A stretch of DNA of 64,000 bases from Squalus acanthias (Eukaryota). Below, piece by piece: positions 24,910 through 37,977 of the stretch (position 1 is the stretch's first letter; every line of letters starts with the position of its first letter). Below the pieces are notes generated by a model. That model had not been told where the DNA came from and did no database searches. It saw only the letters and a program-made list of their open reading frames with translations. The position numbers were made by a program, and so were the translations under genes. The DNA lies in contig CM059432.1 in NCBI GenBank assembly GCA_030390025.1, positions 56,980,001-57,044,000 of the forward strand, read 5' to 3'.

Positions 24910-25825
24910 TTTTTTTATTCATGAGATGTGGGTGTCACTGGCAAGGCCAATATTTATTGCCTATCCCTAGTTGCCCTGAGAAAGTGGTGATGGGCCTTTT
25001 TCTTGAACCGCTGTAGTCCGTGCAGTGAAGGAGCTCTCACAATGTTGTTAGGGAGGAAGTTCAAAGTTTTTGACTCCGTGACGATGAAGGAATGGCGATG
25101 TACGTCCAAGTGAGGATGATGTGCGACTTGGAAGGGAATTTGGAGTTAATTGTTTTCCCTGTCTGTAATACACATGCAGCCAAGGTACACTGGTGGTGGA
25201 GATGGTGGATGTTTAGGCAAGTGGAAGAGATGCCAATCAAGAAGACTGCTTTGTCCTGGATGGTGTTGAGATTCACTCATCCAGGCAAGTGGAGAGTATT
25301 CCATTACACTCCTGACTTGTACCTTGTAAGTGGTGGAGAGGTTTTACAGAGTCAGGAGGTGAGCCACTCACCATAGAATACCCATCCTCTGACCTGCTTT
25401 AGTAGCCAAGGCATTTATGTGGCTAGATAAGTTGAGTTTCTGGTCAATGGTAACCCCTAGGATGCTGATGGTGGGGAACTTGGCAATGGTAATGTCATTG
25501 AATGTCAAGCGGAGGTGGTTAGGCTCTCTCTTGATGGGGATGGTTACTGCCTGGCACTTATGTGGTGTGAATGTTACTTGCCACTTATCAACCCAAGCCT
25601 GGATGTTGTCCAGGTCTTGCTGCATGTGGGCATGGACTGCTTCAGTATCTGAGCAATTGTAAATGGAACTGAACACTGTGCAATCATCAGCTAACAGCTC
25701 TACATCAGATCTTATGATGGAGGGAAGGTCATTGATGAAGCAGCTGAAGATAGTTATGCCTATGATACTGCCCTGAGGAAGTCCTGCAGCAATGTCCTGG
25801 GGCTGAGATGAATAGCCTCATACAG
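24910..25825 (-). mobile_element. LINE family B (RSg-1-like) 3' fragment
   Basis: QQDLDNIQAWVDKWQVTF..ILGVTIDQKL. The 3' end is similar to 61290-61340. Confidence 0.9.
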
Positions 25826-26261
25826 CAGGTTATATCTCTCAAAAAAGATCCTCTCTTCTCTCACCCATCTGTAGTCTTCTTCATACTGCAGGCTGATATT
25901 GATTGACCAATTACTTGTTTACCTCAGCGCCTAGCTGCTTAGCTATTGTAATGCTAAAAACCAAGGATCCAGCAAGAAAAGAAACATCACCTTTCTATTC
26001 CTGCTGGCTTACTAGACACAGGTGCACCTGATACCTTCAGGTTCTGACTTTAGCATAGACATCCCAATGCTTCACTGATATTGTCTGCAGTAATGTTGAA
26101 GAAGTTGGGTGATCAGATGTATATTTGATGGACTTGCTGTTTTTACATCAAAGCATTCTGATATGTTTTTTTAAATCCTCTTACATGCCTTTGTTCCCTT
26201 ATATTTAGCAGAAAATTAATTACTAGCCACTTGCATTTTGCCAGCAACTGGCAGACACCAT

Positions 26262-26670
26262 GGCCCTGATATTTAGGGGGCGGGGGGGGGAAACCCGACA
26301 AGGCCAGGGAAGCAGAAGGACCTCATAATTTTTCCTTCCGCTTCCTGCCAGGTAGCTGGCAAAAGTAACAGGCTGGCCGGCTGCTGGGTGGAAAAACCAG
26401 TGGCAGGAAGCCGTTGTCGGGGACCCTTGGGGACGATGCCCGGCGATTGTGATCTCAGGTCAGGCTGCAGATCAGGGGTTGGAAGGGAGAGGAGGGGGGC
26501 GTCGATTACGGCCGGTGGGGGTGGGTGGGGCTAGAAGAGAGACTGCGATCAGCAGAAAGGAGGCCGAAGGTTTGCTTGAGGGATCAGGGGAAACACTTCT
26601 GCTCCTCCTGGCCCACAAGGAGTGCTGTAAAAAGCACTTACCTTTTTGATCCGGCAGCTCCTGCAGCCAT
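26262..26670. mobile_element. GC-rich non-autonomous DNA-transposon fragment
   Basis: Starts ggccctgatattt. Shares ctgctcctcctggcccacaag with 31575-31600 in reverse, and its left end resembles 52975. Confidence 0.55.
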
Positions 26671-26833
26671 TCTGGGGGGAGGGGGAGGGGGTGGGAGCCA
26701 AATGTAGGATACGTTGTTCATTTTCCTGAACATGTAGATGATACTGTATTGCTCTGATTCCCTTGCTAAGTTGGCCAGCTCTTCAGTTAGCCATGTCTCT
26801 TTCTCACCCATAAGTGAATTTCGAAAAACCATT

Positions 26834-27006
26834 GGCCCGGAATTTGCAGTTGGGATGACGGAGAACTGGCAGCGTTCGCCGTCATTCCGCCTCTGAAACT
26901 GACCACAACTTCGGGATTTGGCACATGCGGAAATCCCCAAGTTGCAGTCAGTCATTGACAGCTCCGAAACAGGCTGCGCTTTGCTGCTGACAGCAAATTC
27001 CGGGCC
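26834..27006. mobile_element. 173-bp MITE with 14-bp perfect TIR and ATT TSD
   Basis: att|ggcccggaatttgc ... gcaaattccgggcc|att. Interior homologous to 9353-9480. Confidence 0.9.
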
Positions 27007-27422
27007 ATTATCTTGTTCTCCCAAACCAACTGCTGCTGTGCCTCCATGATGCCTCAGCCTAGCATTCTTCTTTTCCATTTTTGTCTCTTAGTGGGTTCCA
27101 ATGCAGTAGTATTTCCACTTATCTTTCTATTGAGTTCATTTGCATTTGCAGTTTATCTGCCTTTTCCATTTCTTCTGTTTTGCTCACCCAGAAATATTTC
27201 CTATCCTGTTGCATCTATTGAATTCTTGCAGTCTCTCCCTCACAAAGGTATAGATTTTGCACTTTGCTTTATCTATCATCTATGTTGTTGTTTGCTTAGC
27301 CTTTACCATCTGACAAAGGCTCTGTGGCTTGAGTTGCCTCTTCAACTTTCCTTTTCTCTCTGATTAGAGCAGCCTCTGTATATCACCTCCATTGGCTAGG
27401 TCACTAATTGGGGAAAATCTAT

Positions 27423-27511
27423 GGGGGAAAAATTGGGTCGCGCTAACTTCGCCGGGGCGCAAAAAAGTTAGCGCGCTAACGGGAGGCACAAAGCAACCGA
27501 ATTTTGCCCCC
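27423..27511. mobile_element. 89-bp mini-MITE with TAT TSD
   Basis: tat|gggggaaaaatt ... aattttgccccc|tat. The right end matches the left end of 50876-51748 in reverse. Confidence 0.8.
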
Positions 27512-28259
27512 TATGGCTCTTACCCATCAGAACTGTATCCGCTTTATTGGTTTATTTGGAACATTGAGCTCCATATTTGTAAGCAGTCCCTGCTTGTTTC
27601 CTCCTTTTCATTTCATCCACACTGTAACCACAGTGTATTGTTAATTATATCCAATTTCAGCTCCTCTCGTCTTGCTCCTTCCTTACTGCAGTGTAGTAAA
27701 TAGAATTTTCCGTCTCCTCTCCAAGTCCGCTTCTGACTTTCCTTCTGCTGTTACAAGGGCTGATTCAGAAATGTTGGAGTTAATCCCAGGAAGGCCAATT
27801 CACAAGTATCTGACCCAATCCCAATGGACTCATTCAGGATCACCCAATTAGAAGCTAACAATTGATTGGAAGTATCCACTGAATCCCAATGGGCTAATTT
27901 TTGAAATATTAGAATTGATCCGATTGAGGCTTGCCCACATTTTTTATAATTACCTTGTTACTGCTCTCTCGTGGGATGTTTGAAATTAAGTAACACCACA
28001 GCTATTGCAATAATCATCTTTTTGGGAGTTTCAATTTAATTTTCATGCACTAGCAAATCTCCTATGGTATTGCTCAAGTGAATCAGAGATTACAGTAATC
28101 TTGGGGAATGAGGAGAGCACATGGCCGTTGAAAGGATTTGGAGAAGTGTTTGTGAGATTTGCTCAAAGACAGTGAAGTAACTTTTTTTTAGATTGGTTCA
28201 TGGAAAACAAATGGTATTTTCCTTACCCACTACAGGTAGATACATCATGAAATCATACA

Positions 28260-29003
28260 TACCACCTAGAAAACACAACATCAGGTTCCACATGTGCGCT
28301 GATGACACCCAGCTATACCTCACCACCACCTCTCTCGAGCCCTTCACTACCTCTGATTTGTCACACTGCTTGTCCAACATCCAGTCCTAGATGAGCTGTA
28401 ATTTCCTCCAATTAAACATTGGGAAGACCAAAGCCATTGTCTTCGGACCCTACCTCAAACTCCTTTCCCTAGCCACGGATTCCATCCCCCTCCCTGGCCA
28501 CTGTCTTAGGCTGAACCAGAGTGTTCGCAACCTCGGCGTCTTATTTGACTCAAAGCTGAGCTTCCGATGCCATATCGTCTCCAACACCAAGACCGCCTAC
28601 TTCCACCTTATTAATATCATCTGTAACCACTCCTGCCTCAGCCCATCTGCTGCTGAAATCCTCATCCATGCTTATGTTACCTACAGATTCGACAATTCCA
28701 ATGTACCCTTTCTCTGTAACCGCCCTATAGCCCACCAAGATCTCTGCCTTCCTCCAATTCTGGCCTCTTGTCCAGCGTGCCTTCAGCAGTCTAAGCTCTA
28801 AACTCTGGAACCTCCTCCCAAAACCTCTCTGCCTATCCACCTCTCTCTCCTCCTTTAAGATGCCCCTTAAAATCTACCTCTGTGACCACCTGCCCTTATA
28901 TCTCCTTCTTTGGCTCGGTGTCAATTTTTGTTTGATTATGTTCCTGCGAAGCGTCTTGGGACGTTTTACTACTTTAAAGGCGCTATATAAATGCAAGTTA
29001 TTG
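28260..29003 (+). mobile_element. L2-type LINE RT/3' fragment
   Basis: FHMCADDTQLY, FLQLNIGKTK, VRNLGVLFDSKLSF, and tail aaaggcgctatataaatgcaagtt. Confidence 0.9.
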
Positions 29004-30199
29004 ATGTTGAAATAAAATCTAAGTACATGAAAACCTGAAGGGGAAATCCAAAGGTTGAAAGAACAAAAAAGGGTGGTGTGTTTCTTGGGAGGGGGTTCTG
29101 GGAGCATATTTCTCTGGAAAAATTCTGAATTTGCACATTAAAAATGATGCATTCTGTGGATATTAATGCATTACTCCTATAAGCACCATGCAATCAAAAT
29201 GTACTACGGCTTCATACAATATATATTTAAATGTATACTTTCATAAAATATGTGGAATGTTCACCTATATATACACAGTGCCTTCATAAAATATGAATGT
29301 GTATGTAATTTCTCAAGAATCCAATAACAAAAGTTCAAAACTGATATTCTGGTTAACTTTAAGCACTTTTATACTACCCGATTAATCTTCTGCAAAAAAA
29401 AAAGGAAAAACAACAGGTTCCAAGCAGACTTCTTCCGAAACGTGTTCTCAATGGTCACTCTTGCACATCCAACTCTCTGTTGCCCCCATTCACAAAGGTA
29501 CTTTACCACCTCTGAACCCAGTTCACAGTGATGCTGAATCCCATCCAATTTCCCAACCTTTAACAGAGATATTATCTTCTCCTCCAACACCCCTAGTTTA
29601 TACCGGCGTTCTTCTCCCTCTGCCTCCTCAATTTAAACATGCACTCCTCTTCCCCCTCCAAACAGTTAAGCTGGTCATCCTGTCTTCCCTCCCCTCCCCC
29701 AGAGTTCATGCTGGCACTCTCCCTCCCCACTCTTACTCAGTTAATCCCAGTAATTTCCTTCCTCCCCCTCCCCCACTCCCCAAAGCACCGCTTCCACCTC
29801 TTCCTGTACCTCCAAAATATGCTCCCAGCTTCTGCCCACTTCCCTGTACCTTTTGTTACCATTTACCCCTCCGTAAGTGCACTGGACGAGATCCCTCTCT
29901 TATCTCGGCACCACTCCCTAAATCTAAGGGCAGGGATTGTGACCTCTATCCTATAGATGGGCACTCCTGTTCTCTTGAGAGTTCCCAGCTCAATCTTAAA
30001 AAGGCTGCAATCTGCACCATTAATGCTTGGAGCTGCATTCAGAGGGGAGAGGGACCTGTCCAGTGTATTATCAGGTTAACTTGGAGAGGAACAGGTTTGG
30101 TTAGAGAGGGGTCTCGTCCACACTGACCAGACCCTCAAAATGCTGACTGTCAACATGAAATAATAATGATTGACATGTAGGAGAAATACATTTTATCCC

Positions 30200-30720
30200 C
30201 GCATCTACAGGGTACTACATTTACATAAATCTGTCCATGATACATGTGGGAGAAGGCCGTCTCAAGACTATGGGGCTAGCTACATAATTATTTTATCTGG
30301 TAGGGTGGTGTAGAACATAGCAGTAATGCATTTAATTGATCTGGTTTAGAGGCGATGAAGTGGGTTCAGGCTCAGACATTTAAACCAGGGCCTACACATG
30401 GACCATAAAAACCAAACCAGTGCAGACTTCCTAGCTTAATCTTCAATAGTATGCAAAGCGACCTAGAATCAAATCCATCAATTCGCCTTTTTGTTTTTTG
30501 GTGCATGCCCACATTTCTGAGCCAAATTTAGATATGGATATTACTAATGCATTGTAGAGCCGTACTTTGAACTTGCGAATTATGTTCAATCTCCATATAT
30601 GTGATAGAAAGTTTATTGTGGAGCTCACATGTACAATATACCTATGGCAGTAAGGAAACAGTCTCCATTGGAGGAAATTATGCTGTGTAAGCAACTGAAT
30701 TGTATCACTGACTCTACTGT
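30200..30720 (-). mobile_element. RTE-clade LINE, degraded C-terminal fragment
   Basis: KVRLYNALVISISKFGSEMW, followed by LHWFG-like and RRP..W-like motifs. Confidence 0.6.
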
Positions 30721-30929
30721 CTTGGGTGGATTGTCATCCAATTCGAAGGTAGTAGATTTCAGTTGAGTTTTGCCTTCCTACTGTGCTCAACCAGGCCAAG
30801 CATCTAATCAGTGATCCATTTGGAGCGTCTACCTCCTAGGATGTCTTCTGCAGTACTGCTGAGCTGATCTGATCTCTAAAAGTGTCTTGAAATTATATTT
30901 TACTGATGGTGATTTGAGCTTCTTGACAT

Positions 30930-31265
30930 CAAACCTATGGCTCCTGTTGCAATCTCTAGGTATCCCTACCAAAATTATATAATTAATCACAGCACTTTTT
31001 GCTCACGCAAGCAGCCAGTTCCGTATTGACAGAACACTTTCTGAGCCTTTCGAGTTTAATACCAGAGTACGTCAGGGTTATGTACTCTCCCCAACCTTGT
31101 TCTTCACAGGTGTTGACTACATCATGAAGTCAACAGCAGAAGAAAGTGGATTTGGGACCAGCCTAGGCTGTAACTATATGTGTACAGATCTGGACTTTGC
31201 CGACAACATAGTGGCCTTGGCTGAAACTGTGGACACCCTCATCGAAGCCTGTGAATTTTTGACCA
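30930..31265 (+). mobile_element. RTE-clade LINE RT core fragment
   Basis: WLLLQSLGIPTKII..VRQGYVLSPTLF..DLDFADNIVAL. Confidence 0.75.
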
Positions 31266-31284
31266 AGAGGTATCTAGCGTAAGG

Positions 31285-31870
31285 GGGCTTAAAATAGAGG
31301 CAGAATACTTACCTCCCCGTTCGCAACACACTCCCATCCTCCACCAATGTAACTCCCGGGTTCCAGGAGGCGTATGATGCACTCACTGCAGGCCGGCAAG
31401 GGCCTCATAAATATGCAATGGTCGGGATCCCGTGACACAAATAGGACCCTGCGAGATTTTAACGCGCAGTCACATGATTCTCACTGTGTGCCGGACTTGG
31501 CAGAGAAAGTTGGCGGCAAGAAGGATTGGGGCCAGAAGATGCACAGGAAGGTCATTTAAAAAAAAATATATAGATTGCTTGTGGGCCAGGAGAAGCAGGA
31601 GGATTCCTCCGGGCCCCACAATGAAACCTTGGGCCTGCCCTGCCTGGGCTTCTCTCCCTCTCCTTCGACCGCAATCACCTCCGGACCCCCAACCCACTTA
31701 CCTGACTGCTTGGGACTTTTTCTTTGGACTCCCGATGACGGCGGCCTCCTACCGCCCAAAATCCCCCTCCTTCTCGCGGGCCAGGTAGCTTTTCCACCTG
31801 GTTTTGGGCAGGAGCCTCACTTTAAACATGGAAGTGAGGCCCAGGAGTTAAAATGGTGCAAATCTGAGGC
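31285..31870. mobile_element. GC-rich non-autonomous DNA-transposon remnant
   Basis: Inverted homology to 26262-26670. Boundaries uncertain. Confidence 0.5.
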
Positions 31871-32718
31871 TGGAAATGAGTCCAATACATTGCTAATGAT
31901 GGCAGTCAAAGGTTGGATGAAATCCTAAATTTGACCTTCATTTTTCAATATAAATTAGAAAGGTTACGCAAGCCGTATCAGGCTGATTTTTTGCATGATT
32001 CACTTCATGATTTATTTTCTGCAAGTGAAATTTTGGATGCATATCAATATAAACTGAAGTGGGCACACTTGAATTTCCCATGCTGCTGCTGTCCCCATTT
32101 TGTTCAATTCTCAAGTCTCTGTAAGCTCTCTGCTAAATTTCAACCTTACTGATTTGCTGTCCTTTATTCCCATAATGGAGGAAACTCTTAAAAAGTGTAA
32201 ATGTGTTTGCTCATTTGTATATGTACACCAAAAAAGCTATCCCAGTGTGAGACAAAAATATAAATGGGGCAATTTAACTGCATTAATTGTACCTGTGGTT
32301 TGTATCCTGAGCCTGACTTCATGTTTCAGCAATAAGACTAGATCCAGAATCACTGCATTGTCTGTAAGTGTGCTTTACTCCAAAGCTGTTTGACAGATTA
32401 GGCATGCAAACATCATTGTGTTAGGTTATTTCTGACTTCTGCAAGCAGCAAAGAGATAATAACAGCTGAGAATTAACATTGTCAATGGTGCACTGTTCAT
32501 ATGTTGCAAAAATACAACAGTGCTTTCCTTCAAAGAGTTGTTCAAGCAGTTTCCCTGCCCCCTCCCCCAGTCCTGCAAAAATGAACACAAAATTGAACAG
32601 TTGTTAAAGGCAGCATTTTCTATGTCTCCTTGGAGCACAGCAGTCTGAAGAAGTCAGGGGAATCATAAGAGTGAATCCAGTCCTGCACAAATGTGACATG
32701 ATCTAAAGCAAGTTCATT

Positions 32719-33458
32719 GGCCTGATTTTGCGGTGGTAATGACGGTGAAGCTGTCAGCTCTGAAACTGACAGCAACTTCAGGATTTAGCGCGTGCGCAGA
32801 TAAACACAGAAATCCAGAAGTTGCGGTAAGTCATTCCCTACTCCACCACAGGTGGAACTGTGGAACTCCCCAGAGCGGGCAATCAATTCAAATCACACTG
32901 AAGGACGAAAACTTCCCTTATTACGCTGGAATATCGCTGTTTAACCTCCTTCGCCCCCACCCCTGAAAAAGTTAAGCTTTGTTGAAAGAGGTGTAACTGG
33001 GTTTTTTAACGGCGTCTTGACTGCTGAACAACAGCTCTTTTCCTGAAAAACTAATTTTATATTTGTGGAATGTCAAATTTTTCCATTAATAAGGTTTTTT
33101 AAAATAATATAGTTTATAAAAAGGTTTGTTATATTTCAGCTTCTACCTTAATCCTATGTGCATGTCCCAATCTTTATTTTCACTCTGTGTAAAATTTATA
33201 AAACGTAAATTAGAATCTGTACATTTTACTTCCTGGTTTGCTTGCTGTGAGAATTCTTCAACATGATTGGCTGCTCAGCCTGCTTGCTAACATCACTGTT
33301 GCTGGATGCTGGCTATTTGCTTGATGTGGCACCAGATTCAAACAAAGGTCGGGAGAGCTGAAATCGACGCCACAGAGATCGCTAGATCTTTGTGGGTGCC
33401 TTTCTTTGAGGTCAGCGGCAAACACCATTGCTATTCCGCTGACCACAAATTCCAGGCC
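32719..33458. mobile_element. MITE (Harbinger-like), same family as 9353-10080
   Basis: att|ggcctgattttgcggt ... accacaaattccaggcc|aat, with colinear internal homology. Confidence 0.85.
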
Positions 33459-33588
33459 AATGTCTTTAGCCCTTGCTTCCCATATTCTTTATTAAATCCC
33501 ACATGAGCCTGTTACATAGCGATAGTTCTCATTATGCACCATTGAACTCTTCTGTTCTAAAGCCTTTTCACCATTTGAATATTGATTT

Positions 33589-33703
33589 ATCATAGAATCA
33601 TAGAATGATTGCAGCACAGAAGGAGGCCATTCAGCCCGTCGAGCCCCTGCCGGCTCTCTGCAAGAGCACTTCAGCTAGTCCCACTCCCCTGCCCTTTCCC
33701 CAT
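33589..33703 (-). mobile_element. CR1 3' tail fragment
   Basis: Near-identical to 11606-11720. Confidence 0.85.
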
Positions 33704-33749
33704 AAAGTTGACATGCAAGTTGAAACAGTTGGAAATGTCATGTGTTAGA

Positions 33750-33989
33750 ATGGAGTCGAGACGGGTAAAAGGCTGCGCCCCGCTGCACCGCGCCTCCCTG
33801 GATGTGCTGCTAGGGCCTGTGAGGACCCGGAGTGAGATACTGTTTCCCAGTAATGGGAGGAAGAAGCCTGCTGCTGAGACAAAGAAGGCATGGTTGGAGG
33901 TTGCTGAGGAGGTCAGCAGCAGGAGCGTGGTGACACGCTCCTGGATCCAATGCAGGAAGCGCTTCAATAACCCAAGCAGGACAGGAAAG
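33750..33989 (+). pseudogene. Orphan Myb/SANT exon 1 of a Harbinger element
   Basis: MESRRV..SLDVLLGPVRTRSEILFPSNGRKK..KKAWLEVAEEVSSRSVVTRSWIQCRKRFN. 240 nt followed by a GT donor at 33990. Confidence 0.85.
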
Positions 33990-35242
33990 GTCAGAGCAAT
34001 AGCACATTGCCCTACATATTGATATGCATATCTTTGTAGGTTGCTGATTAAATTAAATTTATATAGCAACCCAATCTTAACAACAGACTAAGAAGCCCTG
34101 CGCGCAAGATTATTAATAACAGAAATACGCTACAGAGCGTAGACTGCAGCGTAAGTTAAAGAAAATACTGAATATATTTTAGAAGCTTTTGAGCTCAAGT
34201 TGACAAAGAATTATTTTTTTTGACCTTAGAAAGCAGTATCTTGGTTAAATACTCCCACATCAAGTATAAATGCAAAGTAAATCCCCCAACTCTGACGTAA
34301 GATTGTTTTTAACTCCAAACTGAAAAGAACATCCTTTTGTGCTGTGCAAATTTATTCAAATATATTTTTTACTGATTATTTTCCTGTTATGAACTTTTGA
34401 TTAGAACTCTATATAATCAGTAAATGCAGGTTTCAGAGGGAAAAAAGGAAAGTAGTCAGAGAAAAAAAAAGCAGCAAGGAGATTGAGAGGAGTGATTTGT
34501 CAATAATCAGTGAGTTATCTTGTACATCAGTTCGAATGCATAGCGAAAAATATGGCATTGTTTCTATACTGGCGCATGTGCATTTTTATGTATACAAAAG
34601 AAAACTAAGACTAAATAATGCAGGAAAAAAGTGTGATGTACAAGAAAAGTCTAATTGTTGAGATATGAGCACTTGTCTCCAAATTGGGCCGCTAAAGAGA
34701 TGAATGCATGTGAAACTAATTCACGTCAATGAGTATTTTTTTCTGAAATTAATAACCACTCCAAAATTCAAGTACAACTTGACAACACTCCATGACAGTT
34801 CAACCTTTTGAGTTAAATGTTATAACAGTTTCTGTTTATGTAATCCATAGTCTAAGTACAGTCAGTGCTTTTAGTTAATTCCTGGGGAAACCAGCGTGTC
34901 TGACCAATTTGATTGCTCATTTGCACATAGTATTGCAAATAGGCACAACTTGGGAACTTCTATTGTGTGTGTAGAGGGACTTAGACATTTTGGGCTCGAT
35001 TTTAATTCCCGAGTCGGGTTGTATGGAGGGCGGGTTCAGGAACCGCTTCCGGCGGGACCAGCTGCAGAGTTGCGATTTTTATTAAAGTACCTTGTTAATT
35101 TCATGGAGGCGCACTGGCTGGTCCAATGAGTGGGATTGAGTCGGCTGGTCGTCTCTGATGACTTCATAATAGCAGCTGCTTTTAAAGCTGCCATCCAGCC
35201 TGAGCCTTTCCATTGTGTTTTCCTGAACTTCTTTTCAAAGCT

Positions 35243-37162
35243 ATGACTTCTTCCAGAGGCAAGGCAGCTCCTCGTTTTAATGATGACTCTCTCCAAGTTC
35301 TTGTGGATGCTGTCAGAGGGCGCAGGAAGATTCTCTTCCCTCCTGATGGCCGGAGGAAGACTCCTCAGCAGACCAAGGCAGCCTGGCTGCGCATTGCTCA
35401 GGAGGTGAGCGCAAGGTCCATTTATGCATGGTCATGGATCCAGTGCCGCAAAAGGTTTAATGATCTTGTGAGAACATCAAAAGTGAGTATCCCATCTCAC
35501 TTGCCTTCACTCTGCTTCCCTTCTCTTCTCATCACCAGGACTCTGCGTTGTAAGCCTCCTCCTTCACATCCCACCTTACCCTTACTTCCCTTGCACCCTT
35601 TCCTATCCATCTCTGTCTCTGCACTGAATCACTTCAGCATCCTGCCTATGCACCATTTCGACTTGCTCTCACTGTCATGCAGTGACAACAACTAACAACG
35701 CACAGGGAGCTACATTCCTCTTGTCACCTTACCCCATCTTCGTCTCACTCAAAGCTTCTATGGTAGGGATTAATCACATTCACTCCATCACTGTGACTGA
35801 AACACCGCTTGTGTCCCTCCTTGCAGGAAAAGATAGCCCACAATAAGAGGGAGAGAGCAATGACTGGAGGAGGAACGCCTACCCTTGCAACATTGACCAG
35901 TGCTGAGGAGGCAGCAAACAAGATTGTTGGAGATGGCGAGGACTTGGAAGTGGGCGATGGAGAGACGGGCACACTAGAGGAAGCTGGTAGCATAATAGAG
36001 TTTCGTCCCTCTCAGAAAGCAATGAAATATGATGTTCATAGAGAATCACTTTGTATCATCTGCTCAAAAGGATGTATCTGCCACATCAATATCAGATGTC
36101 TAATTCAAGCCTTTACTCTCCCACAGGACCATCGAGCGCCTCCCTCCCCATGATCCAGGATGAAGAACCGGACATCTCCTCAGAGGAACCTGAAGCCTCT
36201 GAGGGACCAGCGTCACCAGGACTTAGCGCACCCAGCACCAGCGCAGCAACGCACACCTCGATGGGGCCATCGTGAGTTAGAGTAGTGTTGCCACCTGGTC
36301 TATCACAGCGCACAAGTGAGCATCAGCAGATGGGGGAGACAGCGACAGCAGTGGAGAGTCCTCTGCAGAAGTCGCAGGTCTCTCTTAGCTCTGCTGAGCT
36401 GCATGCAGACGCTGTGCCTCTGGGGCCATCCAGAAAAAGAGCGTTTCATGAAATACAGGAACAAGTGCAGGTGTCTCTGGAAGGGTTTTCCTCCAGGGTT
36501 AGTGCGAGTGTGGAGAGAATGGAGGAGTCCGTCTCTAACATCAGCACTGCCGTGGTGGAGGCAATGGTGCATGAACGCACCACCATGGATAGGATGGCAA
36601 CCTCCATGGAAAGGATGGCTACAGCCATGGAGGAAATAAGTCGCCAGAGTCAGGAAAACATGGTGACTGTTCAGAATAGAATGGCATCTCTGGAGGAGCA
36701 ATGGGCAGCTATTGAGCAGAGAGACCAGAGCTTCATGGACGTCCTTTTGAGGAGGACTGCCAGTGCAGATACGGGTCATCATCATCCCCCTGAAGTGCAG
36801 CAAGGTGCTTTCCTGCCACTTGCCAGCACTGAGGGGCGGCTGACCCATGAGAGGGATGTTGCTGGCAGGACAGAAGGAAGTGTGGGCTCCTCTCAAAGCG
36901 CTCGCGCGACCATGCCACTGCGGAGCCCTCGGTCAGAGACCCACTTTGCAGAGACAACTGAGATGGCCTTTTCAGCCCCTGCACAGCCGCAGGAAGAGCA
37001 AACTGTTGATGAGCCCTCCCAGGCTCCCAAACCAGAGGACGCCCGCCAAAGGCGTCTAAGCTGGCACAGCATCCAAGTCAGCAAGGTGCCTCTACATCTG
37101 CTGAAGCCACAGGGGAAGCACAACGTAGAAGCACGCGTAAGAGAAAGGTTAAGCACCTATAG
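35243..37162 (+). pseudogene. Three-exon Harbinger Myb/SANT DNA-binding protein gene (exons 35243-35482, 35827-35986, 36127-37162), one stop and one frameshift
   Basis: GT-AG introns with compatible phases (0, then 1). Myb domain W..IAQEVS..SWIQCRKRFNDL, then EKIAHNKRERAMTGGG. TGA at 36273 is in frame with ORF 36285. Frameshift near 37035. Confidence 0.85.
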
Positions 37163-37977
37163 TCACAAGGGGACTCACTTGGGTGATGTTTCTTTTTTTT
37201 CTGACTCTTGCTGGTATATTTTGTGATGTTTAAAAGAAAAATTATGTCATACAGTTGATTGTGTGGTCTATGTGTTCTGGGAAATGGCAAAAGCGCATTG
37301 AGGACTCAGGGCAACTTGCATTTGTAATGCTGATGGTAAAAGTGATAGGAAATAAGAGGGTATAGCAGAGATGATGTATGACGTTGGACAAGTGTCGCCT
37401 GCAATTACAGAGCCATATGGTATCCATCTATGGTTGAAGAGTAAGCTTATGGTAGTTTGGCATGGCAGTGTGCATACCCTGGTTGATGGGCGTCAGTGAA
37501 CTGGAGGGATGCTGCATTGGTCACAACAGGGCTCCCCTCATCCTCCTCCTACTCCTCTTCCCAGGAATATCTGTGGTGAGCCACGCGGCTGCTACTCCCC
37601 CGATTATGAGGACCAGGATGAGAGGGCATAAATGTTTCCCATCCCCTTGCTATAGATTTCATTTGAGGTAACGATCTTGCAGGCGCACAGTTGAAGTGGC
37701 CTGAAATATTTCCATTCATGACACTCTGCAGATGGGTGTCAGCTTGAACAGTCAGAAGGTTAGTAGATGTGCAAAATGTTATCCCATACCTACAACAGCA
37801 AAGTTGTTGCATTTGAATGTCAGCCATGTTTCAGGGGCGCTTTTAAAGTGCTCCACCAATGCATACAAATCATGTCCTCCAGCAACTCGTCTCCTTGAAC
37901 CTGGCCTGTTTCTGACTAGTCGGGAAACAGGAGCCAGAAGCAGGAAAATGGGAAACCACTATCAAAATAGAATTAGC

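Noticed and set aside
29461..30126. 221-aa proline-rich ORF
   Set aside because: Explained by C/T-rich low-complexity DNA. It has a non-ATG start and no domain or splice support.
36285..37226. 313-aa ORF as a standalone host gene
   Set aside because: It lies inside Harbinger TIRs and is the in-frame continuation of exon 3 of the Myb/SANT gene. Its end is frameshifted.
37420..37830. Intact transposase on the minus strand of the Harbinger element
   Set aside because: Only short ORFs with an acidic run and no DDE motifs. At most a deleted remnant.
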